Shown here: in pieces, positions 58,550 to 64,000 of the stretch
Position numbering within the stretch: the stretch's first letter is position 1
Layout of the letters: every line of letters begins with the position of its first letter
Assembly: GCA_947491315.1 (NCBI GenBank)
Contig: CANLII010000003.1
Location: 7,970-71,969 of the forward strand
DNA from: Ignavibacteria bacterium
GTDB taxonomy: Bacteria > Bacteroidota > Ignavibacteria > Kapaibacteriales > UBA961
Direction of reading: 5' to 3'
DNA: 64,000 nucleotides
Made by a program: the position numbers and the translations under genes
Notes under the pieces: generated by a model
What the model saw: only the letters and a program-made list of their open reading frames with translations
Databases searched by the model: none
Told to the model about the DNA's origin: nothing

Positions 58550-59608
58550 ATGATGACAGAACACTATCATAGAAATTCACATGACAGAGAATTGAATGAT
58601 CGAGAGAAATCCATTCTTCGCTCAATTGTGCAATCATATATTTTGACGGCTACGCCCGTTGGTTCAAGATTTCTTTCAAAGACTTCAGAAGAATTCACAT
58701 TGAGCCCGGCCACGATTAGAAATGTAATGGCTGATTTGGAGGAAATGCAATTTATCAGTCATCCACATATATCTGCAGGCAGAGTTCCTACCGATAAAGG
58801 GTATCGTTGTTATGTTGATACTTTAATGGGTGTACAAGCATTACCTGAGCAGGAAAGACATGTTGTAAAAGAACAACTCACTGCTTTGTCACAAGAGCAG
58901 GCCTTGAAAGATGCATCAAAAATTCTAGGTGCATTGTCTCATTGTCTTGCAATTGTGGAATTACCCCAGATGTCGGATATCATCATCAAGCGAGTTCATC
59001 TATTGCCACTTTCATCAGATCGTTTATTGATTGCAATGGAATTGGAGTCAAATATCGTTCGCACGGTCACTTTGGAAACGGATTTATCCGTGGATTCCTC
59101 GGCTCTTGATCAAACTACTACATTCATCAATAGTAGAATCAGTGGTAAATCTATACGATTTGTGCGTGAGCATCTGGTGGAGATGATGATGGAAGGCGTG
59201 AAAGGGCATCATACTTTGCTCAGACTTTTCATTGATTCAATTGATACTTTGCTCAATCCTCATGCGCTCAATGATGAAAAAGTCCATATTGCAGGAGCGC
59301 AACATTTATTGGAGTATCCTGAATTTGATTCCCCAAATCAATTGCGAGGCGTTATAGAATTGGTTGAAAATGAGGATGTGATCATTCATTTATTGGATCA
59401 AAGAGAAGACAAAATTGATAATTCCGTGCAGATTGTGATCGGAAATGAAATGAAAGAGCAGAGATTAATAGAATATAGCATGGTAATGGGTTCATATTCA
59501 ATGAAAGGGGCTTATGGATCGATTGGACTTATTGGTCCAAAACGGATGAATTATGCCAAAATGGTGTCATTGGTCAAATATATGGGACAAGTCTTGTCAC
59601 ATGGCTAA
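58550..59608 (+). CDS. hrcA: Heat-inducible transcription repressor HrcA
   Basis: PVGSR, SPATIRNVMADLE, PHISAGRVPTDKGYR.YVD, IGPKRMNY. Confidence 0.96.
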   Translation: MMTEHYHRNSHDRELNDREKSILRSIVQSYILTATPVGSRFLSKTSEEFTLSPATIRNVMADLEEMQFISHPHISAGRVPTDKGYRCYVDTLMGVQALPEQERHVVKEQLTALSQEQALKDASKILGALSHCLAIVELPQMSDIIIKRVHLLPLSSDRLLIAMELESNIVRTVTLETDLSVDSSALDQTTTFINSRISGKSIRFVREHLVEMMMEGVKGHHTLLRLFIDSIDTLLNPHALNDEKVHIAGAQHLLEYPEFDSPNQLRGVIELVENEDVIIHLLDQREDKIDNSVQIVIGNEMKEQRLIEYSMVMGSYSMKGAYGSIGLIGPKRMNYAKMVSLVKYMGQVLSHG

Positions 59609-59649
59609 TGAGTTTGGTTTTTTGCGGTGAGAGAAGGCGGAAATTTTAC

Positions 59650-59657
59650 TATTTTTG
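59650..59657 (+). promoter_or_regulatory. Putative -7 element (TATTTTTG) for nuoJK
   Basis: TAnnTTTG match 31 nt upstream of nuoJ. Confidence 0.5.
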
Positions 59658-59688
59658 TGGTTGATTCAGTTATTTCAATGAGATCAAA

Positions 59689-60201
59689 GTGAATATTCAA
59701 GTAGTTCTCTTTTCATTGCTCGCAGTGGTAGCCATTGCAACGGGAATTCTGCTCGTAACAAGACGCAATCCTGTTTCTGCTGCAGTTTCACTTATCATGC
59801 ATTTCTTTGCTCTTGCGGGATTATATCTCACTCTGCAAGCTCAATTTATTGCTGCCGTGCAAATCTTGGTATATGCCGGTGCCATCATGGTATTGGTCGT
59901 TTTCGTGATTATGCTTCTAAATTTAGGCAAGGAAGATGTACTTCAGGAAAAATTCAATCCACGAACTGCTCTTGCAATTGCAATGTCATCTGCGCTCATC
60001 ATGCAGATGTTGCTTGCATTTTTAAGCGCACCGACCGGTTTTAATGAGATAGCTCCTTCAGCAGAAAAAATTGGATCTCCCGCAGAAATTGGAAATGTCT
60101 TATTCTCAGGATATATCTTCCCATTTGAAGCTATTTCATTGTTATTGCTTGCTGCCGTAATGGGATCGATCATATTGGCAAAGCGAAATATAGAAGACTA
60201 A
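59689..60201 (+). CDS. nuoJ: NADH-quinone oxidoreductase subunit J
   Basis: RNPVSAA, QILVYAGAIMVL..FVIMLL, PFEAISLLLL. Confidence 0.95.
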   Translation: MNIQVVLFSLLAVVAIATGILLVTRRNPVSAAVSLIMHFFALAGLYLTLQAQFIAAVQILVYAGAIMVLVVFVIMLLNLGKEDVLQEKFNPRTALAIAMSSALIMQMLLAFLSAPTGFNEIAPSAEKIGSPAEIGNVLFSGYIFPFEAISLLLLAAVMGSIILAKRNIED

Positions 60202-60233
60202 TCATAATATCGAAAGACCATACAGAGTAAACC

Positions 60234-60548
60234 ATGAATCTTACTTCCATACCATTAGAATATTATTTGGCCTTATCATCAATCATTTTTGTGATTGGTG
60301 CTGCAGGTGTCATCACTCGCAGAAATGCCATTATCATATTCATGTGCATTGAAATGATGCTTAATGCGGTAAATCTTACATTGGTTGCCTTCTCAGCATA
60401 TCTTGGAGATTCAGCCGGTCAAATGTTTGTATTTTTCGTGATGGCTGTCGCCGCCGCAGAAGCCGCAGTTGGTTTGGCTATTGTACTTGCTTTATTCAGA
60501 TCCAGACAAACTGTGTATGTGGATGAAGTGAATCTCATGAAGTGGTGA
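60234..60548 (+). CDS. nuoK: NADH-quinone oxidoreductase subunit K
   Basis: [30 protein letters not shown]. Confidence 0.97.
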   Translation: MNLTSIPLEYYLALSSIIFVIGAAGVITRRNAIIIFMCIEMMLNAVNLTLVAFSAYLGDSAGQMFVFFVMAVAAAEAAVGLAIVLALFRSRQTVYVDEVNLMKW

Positions 60549-60568
60549 GTTATCAAATACTTAAGATG

Positions 60569-60596
60569 TAAAACTCCCAAATGGGAGTTTTTTTTT
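60569..60596 (+). terminator. Intrinsic terminator after nuoK
   Basis: AAAACTCCCA/TGGGAGTTTT followed by a long T-run. Confidence 0.88.
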
Positions 60597-60653
60597 GATC
60601 AAAGGCGTAGAATTATTGCAAGAAAAATGCACAAGACTCGTCAACAAGCCCCA

Positions 60654-60849
60654 TTGCGGAAAAATTGTTTCATGTAAGGTTCAGTCTTGACTGACTGTCT
60701 TTACGGTATCGAGTACACCACTCATTTCGATACGGAAGAGCACTCTCTTTCCCACTTTTCGCCACCCACCAGTAGCAGTGATATGCTGGATTCACCACCC
60801 GGCATATACATGAACATGATTGGACCGAATATGGAATAATCTTCCACAA
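60654..60849 (+). ncRNA. Unassigned structured ncRNA (~200 nt; 6S-like size, multi-branched)
   Basis: Ends pair over ~29 bp with G-U pairs on the + strand; four internal helices; flanked by terminators. Confidence 0.6.
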
Positions 60850-60850
60850 C

Positions 60851-60887
60851 AAAAAATCCCTTCAGATAACTAATCTGAAGGGATTTT
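60851..60887. terminator. Bidirectional terminator between the ncRNA and the cytochrome c gene
   Basis: AAAATCCCTTCAGAT/ATCTGAAGGGATTTT. Confidence 0.88.
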
Positions 60888-60906
60888 GATTTTCGGATCT
60901 TTTCTT

Positions 60907-61335
60907 TTACTTGCTTGCTTTTCGTACTTTCTTCACATCAGCTTCGGAAACAATTCCTCCATTGTTTCCCCATGAATTTAGTACAAAAGTAATGACTGCC
61001 GCAGCATCTGCATTGGTGTACTTTGCCGGAAGTGCTGTCATCACATTATTGAATTTCTTTCCATTGACGATGATTGGTCCTTTTAAACCATTGACCACAT
61101 TGTCGGTAACAACTTTTGCGCCTTTGGTTTTGACATAATCTGAACCTGCAAGGGGAGGATAGACTGTGGACAATCCTTGTCCATTAGCTTGATGACATGT
61201 TTTGCAATACTCAGTATACACAACTTGTCCTCTTTTCATGAGAGCCGCTTTGTCTGGACCTGCTGCATGTATGGTATCGGAAAAAATCAATAAACCTACG
61301 ATTGCAATCGCGAATTGCATGAACGATGTTTTCAT
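60907..61335 (-). CDS. Periplasmic monoheme cytochrome c
   Basis: Signal peptide, CKTCH, YPPLAGSD, distal Met (NNVM), VLNSWGN. Confidence 0.92.
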   Translation of the reverse strand: MKTSFMQFAIAIVGLLIFSDTIHAAGPDKAALMKRGQVVYTEYCKTCHQANGQGLSTVYPPLAGSDYVKTKGAKVVTDNVVNGLKGPIIVNGKKFNNVMTALPAKYTNADAAAVITFVLNSWGNNGGIVSEADVKKVRKASK

Positions 61336-61369
61336 CGTTTTCCTCTGTTTAAAAATGTGAAACATATGA

Positions 61370-62107
61370 TCAATGTTTGGGTGAACAACAATTATGCTCT
61401 AGATGCATATTCAAAGGAGCTTCTATACTTGGAATTTGATCCGGAAGAATCGGACTTATCATTGGGATTCCTAGAGAGAGACCACGCAAAATGAATATCA
61501 CTGCAATGATTGCTGTTCCTATCGGTAAAGCATTCTGTATATATCGTTGAAACGTTTGATTCTTGAAAGAGGACAAACTTCCTATAAGGAGCAAAGATGG
61601 AATCGTGCCTATTCCAAAAATCAACATCCATAATGCACTTCTTGAAATAGAGCCGGCATTGAGCGATCCGAGAAATGCGGCATATAAAAATCCGCAAGGG
61701 AGAAGGCCATTTATCATGCCAAGTAAAAAATCACCTTTGACGGTTCTTTCTTTCCAATACGATTGTGTTTTTTGTTGAATGACGGAATAGAATGTTCCGA
61801 AGGAGCGAATAATAGGTAATCTAGACATCAATCTCGATGGTATAACAATCATGAGTAGCATCAAAATTCCGGCAATGATAGAAATAGCTTCCTGTGATGC
61901 CGCCAATCGTAAAGCCCCACCCGAAAATCCAATGAGAATGCCGATGAATGAGTAGATGCCAATTCTTCCTGCATGATAGGAAAGTTTTGATAGAAATGGT
62001 CTTTTGCCATGAAGTACGAGCACAATAGGTCCGCACATTCCCATGCAATGCAAACTGCCGAGCAAACCCATTGTCAATGCTGTTATATATAATACTTCAC
62101 TTGTCAT
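61370..62107 (-). CDS. Sulfite exporter TauE/DsbD_2-like protein (cbb3 oxidase assembly associated)
   Basis: GSLHCMGMCGP, YHAGR..Y, NGLLPCGFLY, FGIGTIP. Confidence 0.9.
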   Translation of the reverse strand: MTSEVLYITALTMGLLGSLHCMGMCGPIVLVLHGKRPFLSKLSYHAGRIGIYSFIGILIGFSGGALRLAASQEAISIIAGILMLLMIVIPSRLMSRLPIIRSFGTFYSVIQQKTQSYWKERTVKGDFLLGMINGLLPCGFLYAAFLGSLNAGSISRSALWMLIFGIGTIPSLLLIGSLSSFKNQTFQRYIQNALPIGTAIIAVIFILRGLSLGIPMISPILPDQIPSIEAPLNMHLEHNCCSPKH

Positions 62108-62544
62108 TTTGTAAATCTCTGCTCTGCATAAAATGTAGTATTATCTGATTTCCATTCAATTTTGGCAATCCATAATCCTGTTTGCAATGTTGCAATGGAA
62201 AATAGTTGCTCTGCACTTCCTGCTGCTATTTTGATTTCTTTGTCCAAATCGGATTCCGAAGGACGATATAGATGTATCGCTCCGCTTTCCGGAGTATTTG
62301 GAAATTGTATAGAAAGTATCTCGCCATTATGTGTCACCGATAAAACTTCTGATAATATCATTGTATTTTTCTCGGCTAACATCTTTGCATCATATTTCAA
62401 TTCATCCGCATAATATTGTGTGCTCACGAGATCCACTTTTTGCGTGAAGGAGAAAATCATGAAGCCGATTGTTGCCAAAGCAAAAGTCGTATAGATGAGT
62501 GCAATGCGCCATCCCCAATGAAATCTTGTTTGTTTCTTTTCCAT
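62104..62544 (-). CDS. ccoH: FixH/CcoH family protein
   Basis: WGWRIALIY, DLVSTQYYADEL.Y, LYRPS...D, GLW...IEW. Confidence 0.85.
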   Translation of the reverse strand: MEKKQTRFHWGWRIALIYTTFALATIGFMIFSFTQKVDLVSTQYYADELKYDAKMLAEKNTMILSEVLSVTHNGEILSIQFPNTPESGAIHLYRPSESDLDKEIKIAAGSAEQLFSIATLQTGLWIAKIEWKSDNTTFYAEQRFTK

Positions 62545-62554
62545 GATATCTCCT

Positions 62555-63967
62555 TTATGGTGCTATGAAAGCACTTTGAACCGTTTCTAGAATTTTGCCA
62601 TTCGAATACATACCGAATTGAATGATTGTTTTTCCTGATACTGCTGAATTCTTCGGAATGGAAATGAGTATTCTGCTCTGGAGAGTAGCGAATTCCTTGA
62701 CGGGGGTGAATGAACCCAATAGCTTCATTGATGCATTTTTCGGGGACAAAATCTTGATCTCTATATCTTTATCACCAAATGTTTTATTCGTGATCATCAC
62801 ATTGAAGAGATTACCAATCGCATCATTGCCTTGCTTGATAAATGTTGTTCCGGATTGTCGTAAAATCAACGTTTCAGTTTCTGTCCTTTTTGAAAACATA
62901 TATCCAAGGATGGTGATGAGTATGACCCATACCGCAAGATATGCTTTCACTCTTGCAGTGAAGACTTTTGCTGTTCCATTCTTCACGGCCTCCCAGGAAG
63001 TATATCTGATGAGTCCTTTTGGCTTGTTGATTTTTTTCATTACAATATTGCAAGCATCAATGCAAGCGGTGCAGTTCACACATTCAAGTTGAATACCGTT
63101 TCTGATGTCTATACCCGTTGGACATACAACCACACATTGATGACAATCGATGCAATCACCTTGATTGCTCTGTACATCTGATTTACGATGGTGTTGTTTT
63201 CCTCTAGGTTCTCCACGCAAGAAATCATAGGTCACAGCAATGGTATGTTTGTCAACCAATACTGATTGATATCTGCCATATGGACATGCTATCAAGCAGG
63301 CCTGCTCTCTGAATCGAGAAAATACTGCATAAAACACGAAACTGAATACTATAATCATTCCAAGACCAGCAAGATGATTCATTTGATCATCAAGTTGTAT
63401 CTTGAGCAGTTCATCTCTTCCGATGATATATGCAAGAAATGTATGTGCGATTGCGAATGAAAGACCAAAGAAAATGGCATGTTTGAAGCTCTTCTTTACA
63501 ATTTTCTTCTTTGTCCATGGTGAAGCATTCAGTATGGCCTGCTCTTTTGGAGAACCTTCGATGAACCATTCGATTCTTCGAAAAATCATTTCGAGGAAAA
63601 TGGTTTGAGGACACATAAAGCCACACCAAATCCTACCAGCGATTGCTGTGAAGAGAGCAACAGATAGAAGAGATGATAGAGCTAGTACTACGATTAAATG
63701 AAAATCTTGTGGCATGAAAGGAATACCAAATACGATAAACATTCTTTCGGGAAGATTGAGTAACATGAATGGATGACCATTCACATAGATATGCGGGCCG
63801 GCAAAAAAAAATGTCAATAGTATTGTGGCAATGATCGTACGGGCCGTGTATAAGGTTCCTTTGGGTTGACGGGCGTAAATCCACTTTCGGGAGCCATCGC
63901 GATCTATGCTGGCGAGTTCATTCCGAAAATTCTCAACATCCTCAACTGGGACATCAATTATGGACAT
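62555..63967 (-). CDS. ccoG: cbb3 oxidase accessory protein CcoG/FixG
   Basis: GRIWCGFMCPQT, REQAC..CPYGR.Q, CIDCHQCVVVCPTGIDIR, CVNCTACIDAC. Confidence 0.96.
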   Translation of the reverse strand: MSIIDVPVEDVENFRNELASIDRDGSRKWIYARQPKGTLYTARTIIATILLTFFFAGPHIYVNGHPFMLLNLPERMFIVFGIPFMPQDFHLIVVLALSSLLSVALFTAIAGRIWCGFMCPQTIFLEMIFRRIEWFIEGSPKEQAILNASPWTKKKIVKKSFKHAIFFGLSFAIAHTFLAYIIGRDELLKIQLDDQMNHLAGLGMIIVFSFVFYAVFSRFREQACLIACPYGRYQSVLVDKHTIAVTYDFLRGEPRGKQHHRKSDVQSNQGDCIDCHQCVVVCPTGIDIRNGIQLECVNCTACIDACNIVMKKINKPKGLIRYTSWEAVKNGTAKVFTARVKAYLAVWVILITILGYMFSKRTETETLILRQSGTTFIKQGNDAIGNLFNVMITNKTFGDKDIEIKILSPKNASMKLLGSFTPVKEFATLQSRILISIPKNSAVSGKTIIQFGMYSNGKILETVQSAFIAP

Positions 63968-64000
63968 ATTCAATCCCTCCCAGAATCAGAATATGGTAAT

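Noticed and set aside
60603..60620. Possible sigma-54 promoter (GG...TTGC) for the ncRNA
   Set aside because: GG-to-GC spacing is 12 nt rather than the required 10.
60666..60681. parS-like TGTTTCATGT
   Set aside because: Only half of the parS palindrome matches, and it is part of the RNA closing stem.
60670..60852. 60-aa minus-strand ORF
   Set aside because: No protein features, a TTG start at a terminator edge, and the region is better explained as a + strand structured RNA.

Overview
Bacterial chromosomal window of mostly housekeeping genes from the Bacteroidota/Chlorobi/Ignavibacteria group, most plausibly Ca. Kapabacteria. This is an inference from the recurrent TAnnTTTG promoter element, Shine-Dalgarno use, porX-tsaE linkage, fused ccoNO, bshC and a half-length clpB. 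It holds about 50 CDSs, 3 tRNAs and many intrinsic terminators, and probably lies at or near oriC (dnaA, dnaN, recF and DnaA boxes are present but scattered). No CRISPR array, transposase or prophage was seen. Most notable items: (1) a single ORF joining TatD nuclease, an internal signal peptide with its own SD/ATG, and an outer-membrane beta-barrel; (2) an unannotated ~200-nt multi-branched RNA at 60.65-60.85 kb with repeated CACCAC loop motifs; (3) a clpB encoding only the N-terminal half; (4) a structured porX leader that masks its SD; (5) strong operon fragmentation (ccoNO alone, nuoJK alone, tatAB apart from tatC, dnaA/dnaN/recF apart). All protein assignments come from motif recognition by eye, not database searches. 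Some start codons were moved from the ORF track to more plausible starts.
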